DNA from: Planctomycetota bacterium
GTDB taxonomy: Bacteria; Planctomycetota; SZUA-567; H5-PLA8
Assembly (NCBI GenBank): GCA_038227875.1
Contig: JBBRPR010000004.1
Location: forward strand, 190,567 to 254,566
Direction: 5' to 3'
DNA length: 64,000 bases
This document shows positions 20,554 through 29,696 of this stretch, in pieces; the first letter of the stretch is position 1; every line of letters begins with the position of its first letter. The notes below the pieces were generated by a model that saw only the letters and a list, made by a program, of their open reading frames with translations, did not search any database and had not been told where the DNA came from. Made by a program: the position numbers and the translations under genes.

Positions 20554-20730
20554 TTTGTAGTCCGGACGTCTCGCATGTCTAACCTCGCCACACGCGAATC
20601 GGTGATTTGTTCGATGGATCACGCTGCGGAGCAACAACCGTTTGCTCTCGCGATAGAATCCACATCAATCGAAATGCCGATTCGCCTGCCTTGGGCAAGG
20701 TTAGACCGGGCGGGACGCCCGGACCACAAA
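20554..20730. repeat. GTAG/GTGG-type REP inverted doublet (family B)
   Basis: TTTGTAGTCCGGACGTCTCGCATGTCTAACC ... GGTTAGACCGGGCGGGACGCCCGGACCACAAA; single copy at 44501-44527. Confidence 0.7.
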
Positions 20731-20852
20731 AGGCACGGGCAGTCCCGCGCATTCAATGCGTTCAAAGTTACACAGGCCCGGCACTGGAATCGCTGCTTTC
20801 ATCGGGTAATCTTTTTCCACTTCAAACCAGCGGCAGGACGTGGGGATTTTTC

Positions 20853-21290
20853 ATGGCGTACAAAGTGTTCATTTCACCAACCGGCACGGGCAATGTCGTA
20901 TTCGAAGGCGACGTGGTCAACGGCTATACTTCGCCCGACGGCAAGAAGGTCGTGTTGAAATTTTATTCCAACGACCGCGGCTACACCTGCGGTGCGTACA
21001 ACGTCGACGCGGCCGGCGCCAAGGCGCTGCGCGACGAACTGGCGTCGCTGATCGAGAACAATTCGTCCAACACGCTGAAGTTCAAAGCCCTCTCCAGCCA
21101 GAAGCACTTCTCCCTGGCGCGCGAGATCGAAAATGTTCCGATGATCCTCGGCGCGATCGGCACCGACGCCATGTTCGGAACCTCGTACCACCGCGGCGAC
21201 GCCGAAGCGATGAAGAAGGTGCTGGCGGAATTCGATACGGTGATCAAGACGATCGACGATGTGATGGCAGGAAAAGGGCCGGCGGCGTAG
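20853..21290 (+). CDS. Hypothetical protein
   Basis: ATG 20853; strong GC3 codon bias; no recognised motif. Confidence 0.75.
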   Translation: MAYKVFISPTGTGNVVFEGDVVNGYTSPDGKKVVLKFYSNDRGYTCGAYNVDAAGAKALRDELASLIENNSSNTLKFKALSSQKHFSLAREIENVPMILGAIGTDAMFGTSYHRGDAEAMKKVLAEFDTVIKTIDDVMAGKGPAA

Positions 21291-21301
21291 TTGCGGCGTC
21301 G

Positions 21302-21409
21302 GGTGCCAGTGCGATCGCAGTGGCATTGAACTTCGCCAAGCGCGTCCGGCGAAGGCACTGGTAAGGTTGATTCTTCGCTACGCTCTGAATCGTCCGTACC
21401 AGTGGCACC
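21302..21409. repeat. REP-like element (family A)
   Basis: GGTGCCA...TGGCACC ends; hairpin CACTGGTA..GATTC-TTCGCTACGCTC-TGAATC..TACCAGTG with the same loop as 165-319. Confidence 0.7.
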
Positions 21410-21476
21410 ATTCCAGGCATGAAGGTTTGGCAGCGAGCCTCGTCTTACCAGAAACACACAGTCAGGAATCCACTCC

Positions 21477-23540
21477 ATGAGCAACCGGAAGGGCGAAAGC
21501 CGGCAGTTGAAGCTGGAACGCGACAACGACGTACGCGGAGTCACTGGGCGCGTGCACGCGACCGATTCCAATCTGGCGGACGCGATTACCGGGTTGCCCG
21601 GCATGCCAATCCAGGCGCTCTCCAGCGTACCGGAATTGACCACCGTCGAGAGCGGCATGGTCGCGGCGCGCGAATGGCTGCTGGAACAACAGAAGCCCGA
21701 CGGCCACTGGTGCGCGGAACTGGAAGCCGACACCACGCTCGAAAGTTACTTCATCGTCTTCAAGGCGCTCTTCGGCCACCGCGACGATCCGAAGATTCCG
21801 AAACTCGCAAAAGTGATCCGCCAGGAGATGCTCCCTGAAGGCGGCTGGAACATTTTTCTGGGCGGCCCGCCGGAAATTTCGATCTCGTGCCTCAGCTACT
21901 TCGCGCTGAAGGTCGCCGGTGTTCCGGCCAGCGATCCGGGCATGATCCGCTCCCGCGACGCAATCCTGAAGATGGGCGGCGTGGTCAAGGCCAACACCTA
22001 CACCAAGTACTACCTCGCGTTCTTCGATCAGTACGATTGGGAGCACGTCCCCGCGATTCCGCCGGAGATGATGCTGATCCCCAATGTCTCGCCGTTCCAC
22101 ATTTACGATATGTCGAGCTGGTCGCGCACGATCTTCGTGCCGCTGTCGATCATCTACGCGCTCAAGCCGGTCTGCAAACTGCCCAAGGAATGCGACATCG
22201 ACGAACTGTTCGTCGGCGGGCGTGAGCACTCCGACCTGGCGCTGCCGCGTGACAAGGCGATGGTGACGTGGAAAAACGTCTTCCTGCTCACGGACAAGGC
22301 GCTGAAGATCGCCGAGAAGTTCCCGATCGATTCGCTGCGCGACATGGGGATCAAGCGCGCTGAAAAATGGATGATCGAACGCTTCCCGCACTCCGGCGGA
22401 CTCTCGGCGATTCTGCCGGCGATGATGAATTCGATGATCGCGCTGAAGTGCTTGGGCTATCCGGAAGACCACCCGCTGGTCAAGGAAGGCATCGCGGAGC
22501 TCGATAAGCTGGAGATCCACGACCCCAGCGACGACACCATCCGCGTGCAGCCGTGCGTCTCGCCGGTGTGGGATACGTGCATCAGCGTCTATGCGCTGGG
22601 GCAGACGGGCCTGGATCCCGATCACGCGGCGATGAAGCAGGGCGCGTCGTGGCTGCTCTCCAAGCAGACCAAGCTTCCCGGCGACTGGCAGGTGAACAAT
22701 CCGTCGCCGCCTGGCGGCTGGTTTTTCGAATACCTCAACGAATTTTATCCCGATGTCGACGACACCTGCATGACGCTGATGGCTCTCGAGCACGCGCGCG
22801 CGCACGAAGGTCCGGACGTTCAGAAAGCGGCCGTGCAGCGCGGCATCAAGTGGATGCTCGGCATGCAGAACGACGACGGCGGCTGGGCGAGTTTCGACAA
22901 GGGCAACGACAAAGAGTGGATGACGAAGGTGCCCTTCGCCGACCACAACGCGATGATCGATCCCAGCACCGCGGACATCACCAGCCGGGTGCTGGAGAGC
23001 TTGAGCTACCAGGCGGATTTCCGCAACCTTTCGCATCCGCTCGTGGCCAAGGCCATCGAGTTCATCAAGAAAGACCAGTGCGAAGACGGTTCGTGGTTCG
23101 GCCGCTGGGGCGTGAATTACATTTACGGCACGTGGCAGGTGCTGCGCGGTCTGCGCCTGATTGGCGAAGACATGAACAAGGGCTACCTGCGCCGCGGCGT
23201 CGAATGGTTCAAGACGCACCAGAATTCCGACGGCGGCTGGGGCGAAAGCATCGCCAGCTACGAAAATCCGTCGCTCAAAGGCAAGGGCGAGAGCACCGCC
23301 AGCCAGACCTCGTGGGCATTGATGGGTTTGATCTCCGCCAACCAGGGCAATTCGGCCTCCGTGCGGCGCGGCATCCATTATCTGCTCGACACACAGACGC
23401 CCGATGGCACGTGGAGCGAAGAGATCTGGACCGGGACGGGCTTCCCCAAGGTCTTCTATCTGAAGTACCATTATTACCGGCACTACTTCCCGATGATGGC
23501 GCTGGCGCAGTACAAGAAGTTCCGCGCCGGGGCGTTGTAG
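21477..23540 (+). CDS. shc: Squalene-hopene cyclase
   Basis: Catalytic YPDVDDT (DxDD), SPVWDT, QW repeats (QNDDGGW, QNSDGGWGE), GRWGVNYIYGT, TGTGFP.VFYL.Y. Confidence 0.97.
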   Translation: MSNRKGESRQLKLERDNDVRGVTGRVHATDSNLADAITGLPGMPIQALSSVPELTTVESGMVAAREWLLEQQKPDGHWCAELEADTTLESYFIVFKALFGHRDDPKIPKLAKVIRQEMLPEGGWNIFLGGPPEISISCLSYFALKVAGVPASDPGMIRSRDAILKMGGVVKANTYTKYYLAFFDQYDWEHVPAIPPEMMLIPNVSPFHIYDMSSWSRTIFVPLSIIYALKPVCKLPKECDIDELFVGGREHSDLALPRDKAMVTWKNVFLLTDKALKIAEKFPIDSLRDMGIKRAEKWMIERFPHSGGLSAILPAMMNSMIALKCLGYPEDHPLVKEGIAELDKLEIHDPSDDTIRVQPCVSPVWDTCISVYALGQTGLDPDHAAMKQGASWLLSKQTKLPGDWQVNNPSPPGGWFFEYLNEFYPDVDDTCMTLMALEHARAHEGPDVQKAAVQRGIKWMLGMQNDDGGWASFDKGNDKEWMTKVPFADHNAMIDPSTADITSRVLESLSYQADFRNLSHPLVAKAIEFIKKDQCEDGSWFGRWGVNYIYGTWQVLRGLRLIGEDMNKGYLRRGVEWFKTHQNSDGGWGESIASYENPSLKGKGESTASQTSWALMGLISANQGNSASVRRGIHYLLDTQTPDGTWSEEIWTGTGFPKVFYLKYHYYRHYFPMMALAQYKKFRAGAL

Positions 23541-23881
23541 CAGTCCGTTACAAAATCTATTCCTCCAAATATCTCCCTGAAACGCCTGGCCGTATAGGCG
23601 TTTCGCGGCGCAGGCCAAGGGCTTCAACGGGCTGTAGCCACTTTTAATTACCCTCCAAAAATCGGTGTTTGATTGTCGGTGAGTTGGAGCCCAATCCGAC
23701 TCATTTTGATGGACTATTTCGCTTATCCGTCTGAAAATCTTTTCGCTAAATATTTCTCGATTGGCCATTCCGTTTGCTGATAGCGAATCTCCGTGGAATG
23801 CGCATTACGTTTCGCCTTCGCACGTAACAATCTTTGAGCGTGCGTGAAGGCGGCGCACTACCAAATTAGGGAGAATCGCAC

Positions 23882-25408
23882 ATGACATCTGATTACGCCG
23901 ATCCTCGCTGCTCCATGGGGATCGAAGGACTCGACGAAATCCTGGGCGGCGGTCTGCCGCGGGACCGCTTTTACCTGGTCCATGGAAATCCGGGAGTGGG
24001 CAAGACGACGCTGGCGCTTCAATTCCTGCTGGATGGAGTTCGAAGAGGCGAGAAGTGTCTTTACATCACCCTTTCAGAAACCAAAGAAGAACTTGAATCC
24101 ATCGCCCGTTCTCACAAATGGTCGCTCGATGGCATCACGCTTTTCGAGTTGTCGGCGATGGAATACCAATTGAGCAGCGAAAATCAGAACACCGTGTTTC
24201 ATCCCTCCGAATTGGAATTGAACCAGACCACCGCCGTGCTGCTCAATGAAATCGATCGCCTGAAACCGGCGCGCGTGGTCTTCGATTCCCTCTCGGAAAT
24301 GCGCCTGCTGGCCCAATCGCCGCTGCGTTACCGGCGCGAAATGCTGGCGCTGAAAACGTTTTTTATCGGCCGCAAGTGCACGGCGCTGCTGCTGGACGAC
24401 AACACCGGTGAAAAAAACGAGCTGCAGGTGCAGAGCATCGCGCACGGCGTGATCCAGCTCACCAAGGAACTCTCAGACTACGGCACGGTGCGCCACCAGG
24501 TCGAAGTGCTGAAAATTCGCGGCGTGGCCTTCCGCAAAGGCACGCACGACTACACCATCCAGACCGGTGGCCTCGTGGTCTATCCCCGCCTGATTTCTGC
24601 TCAGCATCGCACCGAATTTCACAAGGAAGTCTTCCCCAGCGGGCTGCCCGAGTTCGACCAGCTGCTCGGCGGCGGGTTCGACCGCGGTACCAGCAATGTC
24701 ATCATGGGACCGGCGGGCACGGGAAAATCGACGCTGGCGATGCAATTCATGGCCGAGGCCGCGCGGCGCCAGGAACGCTCGGCGGTGCTCTCGTTCGATG
24801 AAAATGTCGGCGTGGCCATCGCGCGCGCCACGTCGCTGAATATCGACTTCGGACAGGGGTTGAATTCCGGCGCCATTGTCGCGCAGCAGATCGACCCGGC
24901 CGAACTTTCGCCCGGCGAATTGGCCCAGCGCGTCAAAGACCTGGTCGAAAAGCAGAACATCCGCGTGCTGGTAATCGACAGTCTCAATGGCTACATGAAC
25001 GCCATGCCCGGCGAACGCTACCTGACCCTGCAACTCCACGAAATGCTGGCGTACCTCAGCAACAAAGGCGTGCTGGCGATCATGACTCTCGCGCAGCACG
25101 GACTGGTGGGCAGCATGCACAGCCCGCTGGACCTGACCTACCTCGCCGACACGATTGTGCTGATGCGATTTTTCGAACACCACGGCGGCATCAAGAAGGC
25201 GCTCTCCGTGATCAAGAAACGCAGTGGTCTGCACGAAAGCACCATCCGCGAATTCTCCAGCGCCAGCGGGCGGCTGGTCGTCGGTCCGGCGTTGACTGAA
25301 TTTCAGGGAGTCCTGACCGGAGTACCGAACTACACAGCCTTCACAGCCGACCAAGCCAACACTGGGTACAGGAATTCAAAGGCGGAGATCAATGAAGCCA
25401 TCCATTGA
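23882..25408 (+). CDS. KaiC-like double-domain RecA-fold ATPase
   Basis: Two Walker A motifs GNPGVGKT and GPAGTGKS; VVFDS/LVIDS; KIRG and KKRSG; LTYLADT. Confidence 0.93.
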   Translation: MTSDYADPRCSMGIEGLDEILGGGLPRDRFYLVHGNPGVGKTTLALQFLLDGVRRGEKCLYITLSETKEELESIARSHKWSLDGITLFELSAMEYQLSSENQNTVFHPSELELNQTTAVLLNEIDRLKPARVVFDSLSEMRLLAQSPLRYRREMLALKTFFIGRKCTALLLDDNTGEKNELQVQSIAHGVIQLTKELSDYGTVRHQVEVLKIRGVAFRKGTHDYTIQTGGLVVYPRLISAQHRTEFHKEVFPSGLPEFDQLLGGGFDRGTSNVIMGPAGTGKSTLAMQFMAEAARRQERSAVLSFDENVGVAIARATSLNIDFGQGLNSGAIVAQQIDPAELSPGELAQRVKDLVEKQNIRVLVIDSLNGYMNAMPGERYLTLQLHEMLAYLSNKGVLAIMTLAQHGLVGSMHSPLDLTYLADTIVLMRFFEHHGGIKKALSVIKKRSGLHESTIREFSSASGRLVVGPALTEFQGVLTGVPNYTAFTADQANTGYRNSKAEINEAIH

Positions 25409-27038
25409 TACAGAGGACCGCGTGCTGATTTTCGCGCCGGTCGGCAAGGACGCCGGTTCGATCGCCGCCGTGCTGGCCATAGAAAAGGTGAGCACCTGCA
25501 TTTGCAGCTCGGCCGGCGAGGTCTGCCGCGAATGCGCCGCGGGCGCCAGCGTGCTGTTGATCACGGAGGAAGTGTTGTCCGGCCGGGACAGTGGAGAGAT
25601 CACGCGGACGCTGGAATCGCAACCGCCCTGGTCGGATCTGCCGGTCATCGTGCTGACCAGCGGCGGAGAAGAGGCCCGGGCCGACCTGCGAACGCGGCGC
25701 TTGAAATCCATCGGCAACGTCTCGCTGCTGGAGCGGCCGCTGCGCGCAATCACGCTGGTCAGCGCCGTAAAGGTGGCGCGCCGCAACCGCTCCCGCCAAT
25801 ACCAGACCCGGGAACTGCTCGATGAACAGATGCGGGGGCGCGAGGAGGCCGAGCGGCTCAATCGCCTCAAGGACGATTTCCTGACGACGCTCTCCCACGA
25901 ATTGCGCACGCCGCTCACGCCCTTGCTGGGCTGGACGAAACTTCTCTTAAAGGGTTCACTAAGCACCGAGGAAAGCCACCACGCGCTGACCATCATTGAA
26001 CGAAACGTGAAAGCGCAAGGCCAGCTCATCGACGACCTGCTGGATATCTCCCGCGTGGTAACGGGAAAAATGCGGCTGAATGTCTGTTCGGTCAATCTCT
26101 GCAGAGTCGTGGAAGCGGCCGTCGACGTGGTCCGTCCGGCCATGGACGCCAAGCGCCTCAATCTGGAGCTGCGCCTGCCCACCGAACCGGTTTTTGTCTA
26201 CGGCGATGGTGATCGATTGCAGCAGGTGTTCTGGAATCTGCTGACCAACGCTCTCAAATTCACGCCGGCTCACGGCACGATCACCGTCGAGATTGAATCG
26301 TCTGGAGAGGTCGCGGTCGCGCGGGTGAAGGATACCGGCATCGGCATCGCGCGCGAATTTCTGCCGCGCCTGTTCGAACGCTTCAGCCAGGCCGACAGTG
26401 CCTTCACCCGCAGTTACAACGGCCTGGGGATTGGACTGTCGCTGGTGCGCAGCCTGCTCGAACTTCATGGCGGCACAGTGGTCGGCGACAGTGCCGGACA
26501 GAATAAGGGCGCAACCTTCAGCGTCACCTTGCCGCTGCGGCAGAGCCCCCGCGCCTATACGCAGGCGGAGCCGCTTCACACGCATGACGTTGCGGATGAA
26601 ACGCGGAAAGTGCCGGAGTTGCACGGCATCCGCGTATTGATTGTGGACGACGAAGCCGACTCACGTGAACTGCTGAAGGTGGCGTTATCGCAATCGGGCG
26701 CGGACGTCGTGGCCGCGGGATCCGTGCGCGAAGCGATGCAGAAGTTTCGCCACAAGCCGCCCCACATCCTGGTCTCGGACCTGGGCATGCCAGGCGAAGA
26801 CGGCTTCGATTTGATTCGCCAGATTCGTGCGCTGGAAAAATCGGATCTCGCGCACACCTTGAACGCCGATCCGCGCGCTCCGGTCCCCGCCATTGCGCTC
26901 ACCGCATACGCCCGCGACGAAGACCGGTCGCGCTGCCTGGCATCGGGATTTCACAAACACATTGCCAAGCCGATCGAGCCCGCTTCGCTGATCAGCGCTG
27001 TCGCGGAGCTGACGCAACCGTCCGGCGCGGCGAATTGA
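25392..27038 (+). CDS. Hybrid sensor histidine kinase (degenerate N-terminal receiver, HisKA, HATPase, C-terminal receiver)
   Basis: SHELRTPL, NLLTNALKFT, DTGIGI, GLGIGL; receiver IVDD...SDLGMP...KP; overlaps the KaiC-like gene. Confidence 0.95.
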   Translation: MKPSIDTEDRVLIFAPVGKDAGSIAAVLAIEKVSTCICSSAGEVCRECAAGASVLLITEEVLSGRDSGEITRTLESQPPWSDLPVIVLTSGGEEARADLRTRRLKSIGNVSLLERPLRAITLVSAVKVARRNRSRQYQTRELLDEQMRGREEAERLNRLKDDFLTTLSHELRTPLTPLLGWTKLLLKGSLSTEESHHALTIIERNVKAQGQLIDDLLDISRVVTGKMRLNVCSVNLCRVVEAAVDVVRPAMDAKRLNLELRLPTEPVFVYGDGDRLQQVFWNLLTNALKFTPAHGTITVEIESSGEVAVARVKDTGIGIAREFLPRLFERFSQADSAFTRSYNGLGIGLSLVRSLLELHGGTVVGDSAGQNKGATFSVTLPLRQSPRAYTQAEPLHTHDVADETRKVPELHGIRVLIVDDEADSRELLKVALSQSGADVVAAGSVREAMQKFRHKPPHILVSDLGMPGEDGFDLIRQIRALEKSDLAHTLNADPRAPVPAIALTAYARDEDRSRCLASGFHKHIAKPIEPASLISAVAELTQPSGAAN

Positions 27039-27165
27039 CGCATTGCTCAACAAGTTCAGAGATTGGTACGTCGTCTGCGCTCCAAGGAGCTGAATGACCT
27101 TTCGGACGCCGGATTGATTGAGAATCATGCGGTCCGCGTCGAAAATCAGACGAAGGAGTGCGAGT

Positions 27166-27543
27166 ATGCCACAGCCCATGAGATTTCTGGTTATCGAAGA
27201 CGATCATGACAGCCGGGAGATCATGGCGTTGATCCTGCGCGTGGAAGGCCATAACGTCCAAGTCGCCGAGGACCGCGACGCAGCGCTGGAACTGCTGGCG
27301 AAAGGCGACGTGGATGTGATCGTGATGGATTACATGATGCCGGGAACCAGCGCGTTTGAATTCTGCAAAAAAATCCGGGAGCAGGCTCCCGCCACGCGCA
27401 TTATTTTGACGACAGCCGGAAACATCGCCAAAACGCGCGCCGATTTTCTCGGAATCGCAACCTTCGTCGCCAAGCCTTTTACGCCGACCCAGTTGATCGA
27501 AGCCACCATGGCCGTCGACGCACCGCAAACCCCGTCCGTATGA
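27166..27543 (+). CDS. Single-domain response regulator
   Basis: AAGGAG RBS; VIEDD, MDYMMP, KPF. Confidence 0.9.
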   Translation: MPQPMRFLVIEDDHDSREIMALILRVEGHNVQVAEDRDAALELLAKGDVDVIVMDYMMPGTSAFEFCKKIREQAPATRIILTTAGNIAKTRADFLGIATFVAKPFTPTQLIEATMAVDAPQTPSV

Positions 27544-27589
27544 ACCGCGGTTTGGCCATGCGACGGCATCAGGTTTCAGGCCGACTATA

Positions 27590-27964
27590 TCAATATGGAG
27601 CCTGCGTTCTGCCCCCGCTTAAATTCTTGAGCTTGCGCGTGAGACTGTCCGGATCAAAAGGTTTTTCGATGTAGCCGTCGGCCGAAATGTTTCGCGCCAG
27701 CAGGGATGACTTGTTTGCGGCGGTGATCAAGATCAGCCGCGTCGCCGGCCAGTGGATGCGCACGAGCTCCGAGAATTCATCGGCCGGCATTCCCGGCATC
27801 GAATAGTCCATCAGAATGACATCAAACAGCGTCGTTTCGAGATGCGCGAGCGCCGCGTCACGGGAATTGACGAGCGTGACAAGATGACCCACCAGGGTCA
27901 GCGTAAGCTTAATCAATTCGCCGATGTCAGACTCGTCTTCAATGATCAGGATGCTCTGGGACAT
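27590..27964 (-). CDS. Single-domain response regulator
   Basis: IIEDE, MDYSMP, ITA, KPF. Confidence 0.9.
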   Translation of the reverse strand: MSQSILIIEDESDIGELIKLTLTLVGHLVTLVNSRDAALAHLETTLFDVILMDYSMPGMPADEFSELVRIHWPATRLILITAANKSSLLARNISADGYIEKPFDPDSLTRKLKNLSGGRTQAPY

Positions 27965-28089
27965 TGCAGGGATGTTCCTCCAAAAAGAACCGAAAAGGAG
28001 CAATGCAACCAGCACGCCAGTCGGAGAATTTCTGTCCGTCTTCCTCCCGCGAGTGCCACTTCATTTAGGAAGCACCCGGAGGCGCCGCC

Positions 28090-28605
28090 ATGGAAACGCT
28101 CGCACGTTATTATTCCGAAACCGCGCAGAGCCTCGTGACGCCGCTGGTTGGCGACTCCTCGATCACATTAGTGGAAAACGGACCGCGCTTTTTCGGCGCG
28201 CTGCTGGCAGAGAGCTGTTATCAGAATTCGTGGACACCGCACCTCTACCTGGAGGGCGTGATCTGGTTCCGCGCCAGTCGCCATGGGTTCGCCTACTCGC
28301 GGATTGGCACGGTGAGCCTGTCGATGGACGACAGCGTCTCCGTCATTCAACACGTCGCGACGGGAAAGCTGCTGCCCAACCTCAGCGCCATGCCGCACCG
28401 CACGATCTTCTTCACCACGTACGAACACCACCGCCTGGAGCGCGTATTGGACCTGAACCGCGGCAGCTTCTTCTTCTCAAGCATGCAGCGGCATTTTGGA
28501 AACCTGCCCGGCTTCGCCTGCCGCGACAATGCACTCACCTCGCCGGCCGGCTACGCCGAAATTCCGCCGGAAGAAGATCGCGCGATGGCGCTGAAGGTCG
28601 CGTAA
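28090..28605 (+). CDS. Hypothetical protein
   Basis: GGAGG RBS, ATG, coding-like codon usage; 3' end duplicated at 29561-29614. Confidence 0.75.
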   Translation: METLARYYSETAQSLVTPLVGDSSITLVENGPRFFGALLAESCYQNSWTPHLYLEGVIWFRASRHGFAYSRIGTVSLSMDDSVSVIQHVATGKLLPNLSAMPHRTIFFTTYEHHRLERVLDLNRGSFFFSSMQRHFGNLPGFACRDNALTSPAGYAEIPPEEDRAMALKVA

Positions 28606-28614
28606 CCGCCCTTT
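28561..28614 (+). repeat. 54-bp direct repeat, copy 1 (3' end of 28090-28605)
   Basis: ATTCCGCCGGAAGAAGATCGCGCGATGGCGCTGAAGGTCGCGTAACCGCCCTTT. Confidence 0.95.
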
Positions 28615-28621
28615 AACAACG

Positions 28622-29488
28622 TCACTTGCTCTTGGCTGCCGCAGACTTCAAATCAAGCATCATCATCCAATTCCATTCAGCGTCGAGAACGAGAAGATAC
28701 TCTGTCTGTGGATCAAAAACTACATTCGCGCCCATCTCTACGGGCGGAATTGAAATAACGTCGGCAACCTTTTTCTGCTCGACATCGAGCGCGACGATTT
28801 GATCAACAACATCATGACCATTGAGCTCCCTTCTCACTAAGCCGAATGCGTATCGGTATTCCGAATCCAAAGCGAGCGGAAACACGACGCTGTTCGGAGA
28901 AGGTGCTTCCCAGGTTGTCTTGAAGCTCTTGTTTCCATTCTTGTACCCAATTTCATTGCCACGCGACGTAAGAAACATTTCCGCAGGCATCACTTGCGGG
29001 ACAGGTCCAGCACCGCGATCGCCGTCGCTTGATTTCACCTCAGCCACCTCGTGTGTACCCCAGTTGACTTGAAGGCCTGTATTAGCCAATCGTGCCCCCA
29101 CACTTGATACCAAACCTGTGTCCGAGCGCACGGTACTGATGTGAAGGGGCCTTGTACTCGTTCCGCTTTGCATCCGTAATAGGGGTTTATAATCAGTCAA
29201 GATGATAGGTTTGAACCGGTTGCCTGTACCGCCATTCCATGGTTTTATTTTTATGCCAGCCCTCTGTTCGGAGGAGGCTTCCGGGATCGACGTGTTATGC
29301 TCTTCGGCTGCAGGAGCGTCGGGAATTTCAATAGTCTTGCGTGCCGGTGATTGTGCCATGGTATCCGGCGCTGCTGTAGGAAGCGTTCTAACGGTCTCTT
29401 TCTTTTCTTCCGGATGTCCGTACATAAGCACAGACGCTCCAGCGACTAAAAACAAGACCAACACCATCCAGACTTTCTTGTTACTCAT
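28622..29488 (-). CDS. Membrane-anchored or secreted hypothetical protein, lower GC
   Basis: AGGAGA RBS; MSNKKVWMVLVLFLVAG anchor; beta-rich C-terminus; lies between the direct repeats. Confidence 0.75.
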   Translation of the reverse strand: MSNKKVWMVLVLFLVAGASVLMYGHPEEKKETVRTLPTAAPDTMAQSPARKTIEIPDAPAAEEHNTSIPEASSEQRAGIKIKPWNGGTGNRFKPIILTDYKPLLRMQSGTSTRPLHISTVRSDTGLVSSVGARLANTGLQVNWGTHEVAEVKSSDGDRGAGPVPQVMPAEMFLTSRGNEIGYKNGNKSFKTTWEAPSPNSVVFPLALDSEYRYAFGLVRRELNGHDVVDQIVALDVEQKKVADVISIPPVEMGANVVFDPQTEYLLVLDAEWNWMMMLDLKSAAAKSK

Positions 29489-29560
29489 ATACTCTCCTAC
29501 TTTGCTGGGGTGATGACGTCTTGCCGCAAGCATAGTTGATTCGCGATTGTGTCGCGGACG

Positions 29561-29614
29561 ATTCCGCCGGAAGAAGATCGCGCGATGGCGCTGAAAGTCG
29601 CGTAACCGCCCTTT
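29561..29614 (+). repeat. 54-bp direct repeat, copy 2
   Basis: Identical to 28561-28614 except AAG vs AAA (synonymous Lys). Confidence 0.95.
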
Positions 29615-29696
29615 TGCACACGTGAGCCGTTTCCTCGTCTGATTTATTGACAGTGCTGTTCTGTTTCATCGTTATCATTCGGGAGAGGGAGCCCGC

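Noticed and set aside
21462..23768. Long antisense ORFs (also 5489-7105, 13439-14935, 37024-39177, 51201-52667, 54172-55914)
   Set aside because: Shadow frames of well-supported genes caused by high-GC codon bias; no motifs
23882..25408. Circadian clock locus
   Set aside because: No kaiA or kaiB in the window and the canonical ST phosphosite pair is not conserved
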